Shown here piece by piece: positions 20,174 through 29,334 of a stretch of DNA of 64,000 nt. A model generated the notes under the pieces. It was not told the DNA's origin and ran no database searches. It was given only the letters and a program-made list of their open reading frames with translations. Position 1 is the stretch's first letter, and each line of letters opens with the position of its first letter. Source of the DNA: Candidatus Hermodarchaeum yapensis (GTDB lineage Archaea; Asgardarchaeota; Hermodarchaeia; Hermodarchaeales; Hermodarchaeaceae). Where the stretch lies: NCBI GenBank assembly GCA_016840405.1, contig JAEOSK010000013.1, positions 1 to 64,000 on the forward strand. Reading direction: 5' to 3'. Made by a program: the position numbers and the translations under genes.

Positions 20174-20668
20174 TTGAGGTTGATACTAATAATATTCCCA
20201 TTTGGCTTCATCATCATTATCCTAGCAATTTGTATAATCTACGCTGCATCACGAGATTCTTTTGATGCCCCGCCTCGAAGGTATAACCGAGAGAGCCACC
20301 GTGATCCCTGGGTGCCAGTTGCTCAAGCTCAACCAAAAGAGCTTGTTTGGGAACCATCGCACCATCTGGTGGATGTTCTCGTTTGCACGTGTGGGAAATG
20401 GAATTCACCGGAACAAACTGCGTGTTGGAATTGTAATAACCATTTGTCTGCGGTTTCTCGAGAAACGTTTACCTTTGAAACCGTTGAAAAGTGTGCAGTG
20501 TGTGGATTCTGGGTTTATGAGGGGGAAGAATTACTTTTGTGTCCGTCTTGTCATGCCCAAGGACACCGGGCGCATTTGTTAGAGTTTCTGAAAGCAAAAG
20601 GTGTTTGCCCGGTTTGTAATCAGAAGTTGTATGCCCATCAGTTACTCAAGACGATTCCTAAGGTGTGA
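20174..20668 (+). CDS. Membrane-anchored protein with a RanBP2-type zinc finger and a RING-like domain
   Basis: TM at aa 3-25; CTCGKWN-x6-CWNC; C-x2-C-x12-C-x2-C-x4-H-x2-H-x10-C-x2-C. Confidence 0.75.
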   Translation: MRLILIIFPFGFIIIILAICIIYAASRDSFDAPPRRYNRESHRDPWVPVAQAQPKELVWEPSHHLVDVLVCTCGKWNSPEQTACWNCNNHLSAVSRETFTFETVEKCAVCGFWVYEGEELLLCPSCHAQGHRAHLLEFLKAKGVCPVCNQKLYAHQLLKTIPKV

Positions 20669-20721
20669 AACACTTCAGACGGGTAATGGTTGGCAGTAAC
20701 TGCTGAGCTCAGTCCAGGAAT

Positions 20722-21915
20722 TTAGAGGAAAATCGTTCGAGGTAGTTTAGTGATGGTCTTGGCGCCCTTCGATGTGACCAGAAAATCTTCTTCGAGACGG
20801 ACTCCACCGATTTTTTGATAATAGAGTGCAGGTTCAATGGCAATGACTGCACCAGGAAGGAGTGGAGTGGGTTGAAGTGAGAGACCAGGATATTCGTGTA
20901 CATCGAGTCCGATACCATGACCTAGAGAGTGAAGCATTCCTTCTTTGATGCCAGGAGTTCTGTTTGCGGATTGGTGACCATTGCGTTCAAAGGAGTCAGT
21001 CATGGCATTCGTGAGGTCTTCAGCTGTTCCTCCTGCTTGGAGAGCATCGATGACTGCGTCGAAGGCTGCTTCTACGGATTCGAACAGGTTGTTTAGCTTC
21101 GTGGATACATCACCGCGGATAAAAGTGCGTGTAATATCGGCATGGTAGCGTTCTTCTAATCGTCGTGGAAAGATGTCAATTATAATCGGTTCGTGGGCAT
21201 GAAGGACGTCATCTCGAAGTCCTAAGTAGTGATAATCCGCACCCTTTGAACCGGCGGCTACTATTGATTCTTCACTATTTTCAGAGTCATTGTCTACAAG
21301 TGAATGTTCGATCATTCGTTTCACTCGACCCACCGTCAAGGGTTTCTTCTCATAGAAGAGAACGTGTTTGGCACCAATCTCTGTGTTCTGGAAAACATCG
21401 ATGAGGTGTTGAAATGTGGCTTCAGTTGCTTGACTGGCCTTTTTGATGGCTTCGATTTCTGAGTTGTCTTTGGTTTCCCGGGCTTTGAAAAAAAGACCTT
21501 GAACGGGTTTTGTCTTAATGCCCAGTTGTTGGAGGTTGTGCACGTGTTGCGCATCAGTAGTTCGGGGAATCCCAATTACTCCCTTCTCTGGGAATAGATT
21601 TTTGGCAATATCCGCAATGATGCGTTTTTCTAATTCGTCACGACGCACTCTTTCACTAACGGCGTGATGAATCGTGGGACTCACACTGTGGAACTTGCGA
21701 ATATGTGAGTATTTTTTGGCACGTTCACAGACCATATCGATGGCTGCAAGAACGCCTGGTTGATCACGCTGTTTTAGATAATAGGCTGGGTCGACCGCGA
21801 GAAACCGAGTCATGTAGTAAAGGTCGGTGTTAAGGAGGCTTTTCCCTTCGAGAAATAGTGCATCGACCTCATATTGTGCCATTAATCCATCAATATCATC
21901 CAGCAAGGAAACCAC
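20722..21915 (-). CDS. Xaa-Pro aminopeptidase, family M24
   Basis: DIFP, ADITRT, HSLGHGIGLDVHE, IEP, GVRLEED. Confidence 0.92.
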   Translation of the reverse strand: MVSLLDDIDGLMAQYEVDALFLEGKSLLNTDLYYMTRFLAVDPAYYLKQRDQPGVLAAIDMVCERAKKYSHIRKFHSVSPTIHHAVSERVRRDELEKRIIADIAKNLFPEKGVIGIPRTTDAQHVHNLQQLGIKTKPVQGLFFKARETKDNSEIEAIKKASQATEATFQHLIDVFQNTEIGAKHVLFYEKKPLTVGRVKRMIEHSLVDNDSENSEESIVAAGSKGADYHYLGLRDDVLHAHEPIIIDIFPRRLEERYHADITRTFIRGDVSTKLNNLFESVEAAFDAVIDALQAGGTAEDLTNAMTDSFERNGHQSANRTPGIKEGMLHSLGHGIGLDVHEYPGLSLQPTPLLPGAVIAIEPALYYQKIGGVRLEEDFLVTSKGAKTITKLPRTIFL

Positions 21916-22079
21916 TTTCTTGAATAACAGTTAGCTCCGTCGAGCGAAGGAGAACAACCATTATAGTTTCTCACCTAAAGTCTTCTGATTGTTTCACGTG
22001 GAGCATAATAAGCTGAATTTTGAAGTTACTAACGCTGTTGGACTAGCACAATACCTAAGTACCCTCAAGTATGCGTCAG

Positions 22080-22099
22080 GTGACCAGAATTCTGGTCAC
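22080..22099. promoter_or_regulatory. Perfect 20-bp palindrome GTGACCAGAATTCTGGTCAC, putative operator
   Basis: Lies between the divergent M24 and MFS genes; extra half-site TGACCAGA at 22125-22132. Confidence 0.65.
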
Positions 22100-22155
22100 A
22101 AAGTTACAGATTGCATAAGTCTTCTGACCAGACCAAAGCATCATAGTGATAGAAT

Positions 22156-23616
22156 ATGCCAGATGATACTGTCGAAGAAAAAACTGAAACTCAAGATATA
22201 CAAATGACATCAGATCCGATTATACCTCCTCTAGAACCAGCCCCAGAGACACCTCCACCAGAAGAGGGGCCCAAGACTGAGAAAGGGTTTTGGGCATCAG
22301 TTAAAACGGTCTTAGCGTATCGGAGCTATTCTGTTTACCTGGTGACATCTTGGATTCTTGGTATCTTTGGTATCATTATGGAAAGCTATCTGATGCTCTT
22401 TCTCCGGGACTTTATGCTTCTCTATATTCCTGATCCAAACTTTGTCTACATCGCCATTGGATTATTCATTGTTCTTTTCATGACAATTGAATTAGTTGCC
22501 CGGTTCTTTGGTGGCTATGTTGGAGATAATTACAACCGCAAATGGTTGTCTGTCCTGACGATGGCGATTTCCGGTGTTGGAATGCTCATTCTAGGCTTAA
22601 GCACGAATATTCCTTTCCTCTTAACCGGTGGGCTAATTATGGCTGGATCAGCCCTAGTTGCCAGTGGGTCTACTGCGTATATTTATGAACAAATGCCCCA
22701 TGAACACAGTGGCCTAGCCATGGGAATATTCCAGACTAGCAGCGGATTTGGCCTAATTGGATTGGGTTTGGTTACCTATTTCCTGGCGATTGGAATCTCC
22801 TTTGTTGCCACAATTCAACTCGTTTTCTTGATAGGATCAATCTGTTACTTCATTGCAGCTGCTATTCGTGCTGTATTCCTTGCACCTGCAATCCCGATTA
22901 AACGCGAAAACCAAGCAAAAAATCGTGCACGCGAATTTCTTAGACAAAATGCAAACGCCCTCAAGCTCCTCTATATCATTCTTCCAACATTTATGGCGGT
23001 ACTCATATTAGACGCGCTCAGTGATGGCTTCTACCGTTTTGTCAGCATCCTCTATCTCAATGAAGCCTTAGCCTTCACTTATGGGGAAATTAGTTTAATG
23101 TTGATTATCGTCCTTGCGTTTTCTATTCCTTTGTCAATTACGGTTGGAGGCTTCTTCGACAAACGCGGAAGTCGTCGAGCCATTCTAATAGTCTACAGTG
23201 TTATGCCAATCACCTTATTGCTCCTCATCTTAGCACCAATGTTTCCATACTGGCTCCCCTCCAATCTGGTTATTCCAGTAGTAACCGCTTTTCCGATTCT
23301 TGAGCCTCTGTTGAGTACAGCATTTATCGCTATTGCAATGAAACGAATTAATGATATTCTGTGGATGACTTTAATCTTGACTTATCTTCGGAAGGCGATG
23401 CCGCGATCAGAAACCGCAAAGATGCTAAGCATCTTTATGATTGTGATTATGATTGCCTTTATTATTACACCAGTGCCATCCGCATTCCTCTACACCTACC
23501 TAGGAGCAATCCCTGTGCTGACAATTGCACTAACCCTTAACCTGTTAATTATTGGAGTCCTCATTTTCACGAATATCGAACCGAAACCAATTCCGGAGGA
23601 ATACAAGAACCTCTGA
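22156..23616 (+). CDS. MFS transporter
   Basis: GGYVGDNYNRK and GGFFDKRGSRR motif A copies, about 12 TMs. Confidence 0.85.
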   Translation: MPDDTVEEKTETQDIQMTSDPIIPPLEPAPETPPPEEGPKTEKGFWASVKTVLAYRSYSVYLVTSWILGIFGIIMESYLMLFLRDFMLLYIPDPNFVYIAIGLFIVLFMTIELVARFFGGYVGDNYNRKWLSVLTMAISGVGMLILGLSTNIPFLLTGGLIMAGSALVASGSTAYIYEQMPHEHSGLAMGIFQTSSGFGLIGLGLVTYFLAIGISFVATIQLVFLIGSICYFIAAAIRAVFLAPAIPIKRENQAKNRAREFLRQNANALKLLYIILPTFMAVLILDALSDGFYRFVSILYLNEALAFTYGEISLMLIIVLAFSIPLSITVGGFFDKRGSRRAILIVYSVMPITLLLLILAPMFPYWLPSNLVIPVVTAFPILEPLLSTAFIAIAMKRINDILWMTLILTYLRKAMPRSETAKMLSIFMIVIMIAFIITPVPSAFLYTYLGAIPVLTIALTLNLLIIGVLIFTNIEPKPIPEEYKNL

Positions 23617-23643
23617 GGGTAGATAAGTTTCAGGAAATCGTGA

Positions 23644-24894
23644 TTAGTCAGAGGTTTTGGGTTCATGGATGAATGGTAACAAGATTGCTGCGATGACAGT
23701 TAGGAATAGGGCTAATCCAAAGGTGTAACTTGGTCCAAGGAAGACCCATAGGAATCCTGCAATGACACTAGCAGGTAGCAATGCGAATCCGATAAGCATC
23801 TGATAGAATCCAAGAACGCTCGACCGAATCTTCAGTGGCGAGAGTTCGGAGATGAGCGCGCTTTGCATTGGAACTGTTGCACCGATGCTGATTCCGTAGA
23901 AAATGAGGGCAAAGAGGACTGTCCAAAAGTTGGGGGTGAATAAGAAGATGGCACACATGCCCCCAAAGAAAAGGAATCCGATGAGAATGGTGCGTCGTCG
24001 CCCAATGCGGTCACCTAATCTTCCAAGTGGAGCAGAGGTCAGAGCCGCTGCTAGAGTGAATACCAGATAGGCCACAGGTACTCCAAGAATTGGATTAATT
24101 GCAGGCGGGATAATAAAAATTCCAGCGTAGAGTGTGACTAGGGACCAACTAAACGAGGCAAGGGCAAAGATGACACTTAACGTAATAAAAATTGCTAGAC
24201 TCCTGTTTATTCCGCTTATGTGGAAAACAGCTTTCCCAGGTTCTTTTCGATAATCGACGATTCTATAAATAATAACCAGTGCACCAATGAATGTGGGAAT
24301 AGCGGCAAGGAGGAAAAGGAGTCGAATGTTCATTAGCAGATCGAAACCATAGACAAGCGTAAGCCAGGGGAAGACGAAAGTTACAAATGCAATCGTGATG
24401 AGGATACCAGCTGTTGCCCCAGTGTGGTCAGCCGTTCGTAACAAACCAAAATTCTTACCACGGGTCTCATGTGTTGATACGTCTGCCACTATGGCGTCTC
24501 GTGGTGCACCCCGCACTTTACCTGCCCGATCTAATATTTTGGCAGGTATCAGCCATTGCCATGTAGGCGAGAAAGCATAGACAATACGGGATGTGGCACC
24601 CATCATATAACCAGACCAGATGAAGGGTTTTCGCTTCTGAATTCTGTCTGACCATATTCCTGAAATTCCTTTTAGTATGTTTACAACGAGGTCACCCGTA
24701 CCATCAATTATTCCAAGGATTAGCGGGGTTAAACCTGGTGGAGATAATAAACCGACGAAGATTGGCCAGATGGAGAAAACAATGTCACTGCCCATATCGT
24801 TGAGAAAGGAAGCCGCACCAAAAGTGCGAACGACAGTTTTCTCTGATGGAGCGTCACTCAGGAGTGCTTTATCGGAAGAAGGCACTTCGTTCAA
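23644..24894 (-). CDS. MFS transporter
   Basis: SFLNDMGSD, DRAGKVRGAPRDA, GRLGDRIGRRR. Confidence 0.9.
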   Translation of the reverse strand: MNEVPSSDKALLSDAPSEKTVVRTFGAASFLNDMGSDIVFSIWPIFVGLLSPPGLTPLILGIIDGTGDLVVNILKGISGIWSDRIQKRKPFIWSGYMMGATSRIVYAFSPTWQWLIPAKILDRAGKVRGAPRDAIVADVSTHETRGKNFGLLRTADHTGATAGILITIAFVTFVFPWLTLVYGFDLLMNIRLLFLLAAIPTFIGALVIIYRIVDYRKEPGKAVFHISGINRSLAIFITLSVIFALASFSWSLVTLYAGIFIIPPAINPILGVPVAYLVFTLAAALTSAPLGRLGDRIGRRRTILIGFLFFGGMCAIFLFTPNFWTVLFALIFYGISIGATVPMQSALISELSPLKIRSSVLGFYQMLIGFALLPASVIAGFLWVFLGPSYTFGLALFLTVIAAILLPFIHEPKTSD

Positions 24895-24938
24895 GATGGT
24901 CTCCTCAAGAGAGGAGTCTATAAACGTAAGTGCCTTTT

Positions 24939-25100
24939 ATTCCTTTAATTTCAGTCAGGTGAACTACCCCGTCTTGAAGGGCGGAGTTTCCTGCTTCATT
25001 CCATCGACTAATGCCGACTGGTCCACAGGCTCTACTCGCCGTTCCGGCGATGTTGTCCGGTTATGATGCCGTGGTTCTTGGTCACCATAGCCGGAACCTC
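24939..25100 (-). ncRNA. Putative TnpB-type reRNA/omegaRNA scaffold plus flanking guide
   Basis: Stems TCCGGCTATGGTG/CATCATAACCGGA and TCGCCG/CGGCGA, CCTG/CAGG pairing, terminal hairpin; TATA-like TTATAT at ~25121-25126 on the minus strand. Confidence 0.55.
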
Positions 25101-25172
25101 AACTAGAAATTAATAAGAGCATATAATAGCACCACGATTTATCTCCGCTTTGGAAGGACAAGAGTTTCTCGA
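24959..25172 (-). mobile_element. Non-autonomous IS200/IS605-family element (PATE-like), no ORF
   Basis: Minus strand ends ...GCCTGTGG...ATGAAGCAGGAAACTCCGCCCTTCAAGACGGGGTAGTTCAC (typical tnpB right end); degenerate matching hairpin at ~25140-25170 as the left end. Confidence 0.75.
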
Positions 25173-25176
25173 AGCT

Positions 25177-27018
25177 TTAGATAAATAGTGAAGCAGCATA
25201 GGTTTTGGCGAAGTCAGAGTGGCGGGCTAAATCAACAAATTCTACTGATTTGGCGAGACGAGTCGCATGCTTGCGTTGGGTGGTGGAAAGGAGAGCCAGT
25301 TGAGCACCACTCAAAGCAGCGTTCCCAACGAAGGAGACTTTGTCTAAGGGAATGTTGGGAATAAGTCCTATTCGTTGAGCACTGGCAGGATTGAGATAAT
25401 TTCCAAACGCACCTGCGATGAAAACATGACTAAGTTTAGCTGGTTTGAGCTTTTGATGTTGGAGAAGTATGGTGTATCCGGTTTGAATGGCGGCTTTGGC
25501 AAGTAGGAGTTGTGAGATGTCGTGCTCTGATAGAAGTAGGGGAGAGTGGCCCGTTCCTGTTGGGTGAGTATAGATGACTATTGATCGTGTTTTTCCTTCA
25601 GAGATTAGATAGTGATTCGCCTGTTCTGTGAATCGTCCCTTGGATGAGAGAAGATTGGCTTCGGCGAGTTGAGCGATGGCATCGACGACGCCAGAACCAC
25701 AGATTCCGATGGGAACGGCATCATCGATTGTTGTAATTTCAAATTCCATTGAGGTTTTGTCCAGTGTTAGTCGTTCGATGGCTCCACTGACGGCTTTCAT
25801 TCCATGTTCAATTTGGGCACCTTCAAAGGCAGGACCTGCTGCACAGGAAGTAGCTGATATGCGATCTCGATTTCCAAGGATGACTTCGCTGTTTGTTCCG
25901 ATATCGATGAGTAGACATGGTTTTCGTTGTTGGTGCAGGCTAGTGGCGAGGATATCAGCAATGGCGTCTGCTCCGACATAGCCTGCAATATTGGGTAGAA
26001 CATATACAGCAGTTTGTGAGGAAAGTTGGAGACGTAACTGATTAGCTTGGGTCTCAATTGGTCCACGGAAGGGGGGAGTAAAAGGTCCATAGGCGAGATG
26101 GGTGGTATCTAGTCCAAGGAAAAGACTTGTCATGACAGTATTGCCAACAACCACAAGCTCATAGATACGTTCGGATTGAACACCTTTCGAAGTGAGAGAG
26201 TCCAAGATGGTGTTTATCCCTTCGATTGCAGCAGCTTGGAGTTCAATTAGATTATTGGGGCTAACAGCTGCGTAACTGAGGCGAGTCATGATATCTTCGC
26301 CGAAACGTAGTTGGGGATTTTCTACCCCAGCTGAAGCGATGTGCTCTCCGGTGGCTAGTGAGAATAAACTTCCTCCGAGTTTGGATGTTCCAATATCTAA
26401 TGCAACACCATACATGATGTCTCGAGCATCACCAGCATGAATATCCAAGAGTTGGGTGTTATTTCGGATTACCAGAGTCACCTGACCACTAGCCGTTCTC
26501 ACAGCGCTAGATGTTTTAGCGATAACGGGTACAGGATACTCCCAACGTGTTTTCCTTTTTTGTCCAAAGAGATTTGATAATCCCATTAGGACTCGTTCTG
26601 TGTCGGGAACTGAAAAATCTGGATCAACTGGGGGAACATTGACTAGGATTGTTTTTAGTGCCGGATTTAATTTCATAGCCTTCATTTTACCAGCAATCTG
26701 AATACGTCTGCGTAATGTTCGCGTCGCAGCTGGTATCATGACAACGATGTCTTGTTTTCCAATCAGCCTAGTCTGACAGGCTAGCCGAAATCCAGCTTTT
26801 CGATTTTTTGTAGTTAAAAGCGAACACTCAGCAGTTGTGGGTTTATTCACCGCCTCTAACGGTTTGACATGAACACGGCATTTACCACAGGTGCCTTTTC
26901 CCCCACAGTCAGAACGTAATTGCAGTCCACCTCGATCTGCAATCTCAAAAAGAGTTTCACCTGATTTCGCGGAGATTTGTCGACCTTCTGGTTCAAAGGT
27001 TACTTTCCTATCCGACAA
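25177..27018 (-). CDS. RACo/RamA-type ATP-dependent corrinoid reductive activator (2Fe-2S plus ASKHA domains)
   Basis: CGGKGTCGKC, RLACQ, DIGT twice, AAGPAFEG, GICGSG, AGAFG. Confidence 0.9.
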   Translation of the reverse strand: MSDRKVTFEPEGRQISAKSGETLFEIADRGGLQLRSDCGGKGTCGKCRVHVKPLEAVNKPTTAECSLLTTKNRKAGFRLACQTRLIGKQDIVVMIPAATRTLRRRIQIAGKMKAMKLNPALKTILVNVPPVDPDFSVPDTERVLMGLSNLFGQKRKTRWEYPVPVIAKTSSAVRTASGQVTLVIRNNTQLLDIHAGDARDIMYGVALDIGTSKLGGSLFSLATGEHIASAGVENPQLRFGEDIMTRLSYAAVSPNNLIELQAAAIEGINTILDSLTSKGVQSERIYELVVVGNTVMTSLFLGLDTTHLAYGPFTPPFRGPIETQANQLRLQLSSQTAVYVLPNIAGYVGADAIADILATSLHQQRKPCLLIDIGTNSEVILGNRDRISATSCAAGPAFEGAQIEHGMKAVSGAIERLTLDKTSMEFEITTIDDAVPIGICGSGVVDAIAQLAEANLLSSKGRFTEQANHYLISEGKTRSIVIYTHPTGTGHSPLLLSEHDISQLLLAKAAIQTGYTILLQHQKLKPAKLSHVFIAGAFGNYLNPASAQRIGLIPNIPLDKVSFVGNAALSGAQLALLSTTQRKHATRLAKSVEFVDLARHSDFAKTYAASLFI

Positions 27019-27175
27019 CGCAATTGGACTCCATTCAGAATGACTCGAGATAGTATCGTTTTTCTACAATAATTGGACCGCTGTAATTTTAAACCGTCGG
27101 ACCTATGGTTACTGGAAGATTATAAGGGAAAAGGACGTACACTAGATTGTCTTTGCCCCTTGAGGTGACAGGAAC

Positions 27176-27457
27176 TTGGCAGAAAATCCCCCTCCATCAA
27201 CTCCACCAGAAGCTCCTCCTCCGGGAACTCCTCCATCGGCTCCTCCTCCAGCAACCCCACCTGTTCAACCACCCGCTGAGCCAAAACCCGTAGAAAAGCC
27301 CCTTGCACCAGATCAATGTCCTCGTTGTCGGAGCGATGTAACCACAATTTTACGAAAAGTGCCCATTGCTTATGGACATGATGTCACACGGAAATGTGAT
27401 AAATGTGGAAACATCTGGACTTACAAATCAAAATTTGGTGCAGGCGCCTGGCCTTAG
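27176..27457 (+). CDS. Small Pro-rich protein with a C-terminal zinc ribbon
   Basis: Three 9-aa PPPxTPPxx repeats; CPRC...CDKCGNIW; GAGGTG RBS. Confidence 0.7.
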   Translation: MAENPPPSTPPEAPPPGTPPSAPPPATPPVQPPAEPKPVEKPLAPDQCPRCRSDVTTILRKVPIAYGHDVTRKCDKCGNIWTYKSKFGAGAWP

Positions 27458-27524
27458 GAATCCCGAAAAGACTAGGGCTCCATCTACGGTATGACAGAGG
27501 GTGCTATTCTACCAGTACGAGGAA

Positions 27525-27713
27525 TTATGCTTTTTCAAACCCATAACAAGCAGATTTATCAGGTAACAATAGGTAATGCCTATCGCCTTTTTTCGCAAAA
27601 GGATTAGTCGCCCGACATTGTCCTTGTTTTTGATGATAGTGTATGCACTTAAGACAAATTGAGGTAATGGCCATCTCATTGGGCAAAATTCTCTGAGGAG
27701 CCATAGCAAACAC
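27525..27713 (-). CDS. Small Cys-rich hypothetical protein
   Basis: CLKCIHY...C...CYGFE pattern; fills the intergenic gap. Confidence 0.55.
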   Translation of the reverse strand: MFAMAPQRILPNEMAITSICLKCIHYHQKQGQCRATNPFAKKGDRHYLLLPDKSACYGFEKA

Positions 27714-27830
27714 GATCTCAATGGTTTATCATAATTCGGAACTTGTCAAAACGTGGGTTGCTTAGGGAATGGAGAAGCTAATATCTTTTGCATCATATAA
27801 TACCTGAGTTCCTCTCTGGAGAGTTTCATC

Positions 27831-28355
27831 ATGACAGGTAATCAAAAAGTTCAGAATGACTTGATTCAATCAATTCGAGACATCACTGAAACCATAGCTC
27901 AGATTTTGGTTCAACAAAACTCGACAATCATGGTAGCAGAGTCCGCAACAGGGGGTCTCATCCAACATTTTTTAACAGAGATACCTGGGAGCTCAGGCTT
28001 TTTTCTCGGAGGTATTGTTGCTTACTCTGATAATCTGAAACAGTGTCTATTACAGGTTCCTGAATCCGTGATTCAACGTCATGGTGCGGTTAGTGAGGAA
28101 ACTGTAGCTGCCATGGCAAATGGAATTCGATTGATACTTCGTACAGACTATGGCTTGGCGACTTCGGGAATTGCAGGTCCAACTGGAGCACGTCCAAAGA
28201 AACCCGTGGGATTGGTGCACATTGCGGTATCACATCGCGGATTTGAAACCATTGCCCGAAAACTCGTCTTCAAGGGAACACGTACCGAGAATAAATTACA
28301 CTTTTGCAAAGCTGCCCTTCAATTCTTGCTAGAAGCAATTTCCACAGAGAAGTAA
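27831..28355 (+). CDS. CinA C-terminal domain / NMN deamidase (PncC-like)
   Basis: AESATGG, PGSS, GAVSEE, GIAGPTG, KPVG. Confidence 0.9.
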   Translation: MTGNQKVQNDLIQSIRDITETIAQILVQQNSTIMVAESATGGLIQHFLTEIPGSSGFFLGGIVAYSDNLKQCLLQVPESVIQRHGAVSEETVAAMANGIRLILRTDYGLATSGIAGPTGARPKKPVGLVHIAVSHRGFETIARKLVFKGTRTENKLHFCKAALQFLLEAISTEK

Positions 28356-28410
28356 CAAATATCCAATTAGCGATGGCGGAATCCTCTTAAAGAACGGGCT
28401 CTCACGCAAC

Positions 28411-29331
28411 ATGAGTTTCATGCCCCCATTTTCCTTCGGTTACCCAAATTACCTTGAACCACCTGTGTTTCGCCCTCCTAGTGAAGCTGGTAGCCTCATT
28501 CTTCAAGCAACTTTAGGGTGTTCCCATAACCGTTGTACATTTTGTGGGAGTTATCGAACCAAACAATTCAAAGTCAAACCCTTTCCTCAATTCCGTGAAG
28601 AAGTCGAGGAACTGGCACGAACTCAGCGGATTCGTCCGAAACGGATTTTCATCGCGGATGGTGATGCGTTCGTTCTTTCAGCATCCCAGTTACTTGAGAT
28701 TCTCACAGTACTTACCAAGGAGTTTCCTGATGTTGAAAGGATTAGCATCTATGCGAGTGGTACGAATGTCCTTCGGAAAACCGATGAGGAGCTCACACAA
28801 ATCCGAGAAGCTGGACTAGACATGGTGTACATCGGTTTGGAATCAGGAGATGACGAGGTCCTTCAACTTGTCAATAAGAGCATAAGCAATGAGGATCATA
28901 TTACAGCATGCCTCCGTCTCAAAAAAGCAGGATATACAGTTTCGCCTATTATCATCTTAGGAGTTGGTGGGAAAAGTCGGAGTCACCAACATGCAACCCA
29001 AACAGCAGCTACGATCCGAGCAATTGATCCTCCATATCTGGCAGCTCTGACGCTGATGTTAGTTCCAGGCACCGAACTTCATGCCCAAGCACAACGGGGT
29101 GAATTCCAACCACTTGATCCCCTCGAAACTCTCGAAGAACTTCGAACCATAATGGACGGACTAACCGATTTGACCCATTGTGTATTTCGAACAAACCATG
29201 CTTCTAATTATCTTCCCCTCCGAGGAATACTCTCGCAAGATCGACAACAACTCCTCGATGCAATAGACACTGTTCTCAATGATCCCCAAGCAGCTAACAA
29301 ATTACGCCCCGAATATATTCGAGGATTGTAA
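28411..29331 (+). CDS. Radical SAM protein
   Basis: RPPSEA, GCSHNRCTFC, GLESG, NHASNY. Confidence 0.9.
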   Translation: MSFMPPFSFGYPNYLEPPVFRPPSEAGSLILQATLGCSHNRCTFCGSYRTKQFKVKPFPQFREEVEELARTQRIRPKRIFIADGDAFVLSASQLLEILTVLTKEFPDVERISIYASGTNVLRKTDEELTQIREAGLDMVYIGLESGDDEVLQLVNKSISNEDHITACLRLKKAGYTVSPIIILGVGGKSRSHQHATQTAATIRAIDPPYLAALTLMLVPGTELHAQAQRGEFQPLDPLETLEELRTIMDGLTDLTHCVFRTNHASNYLPLRGILSQDRQQLLDAIDTVLNDPQAANKLRPEYIRGL

Positions 29332-29334
29332 CAT

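Noticed and set aside
21989-22207. 72-aa ORF starting MFHVEH
   Set aside because: It is a by-product of the parS-like palindrome and overlaps the MFS promoter and start
24677-25066. 129-aa plus-strand ORF across the IS605-like end
   Set aside because: Antisense to the MFS gene, with no TnpA or TnpB motifs
28516-28545. Cx4Cx2C instead of Cx3Cx2C in the radical SAM protein
   Set aside because: GCSHNxCTFC is the usual form in this subfamily
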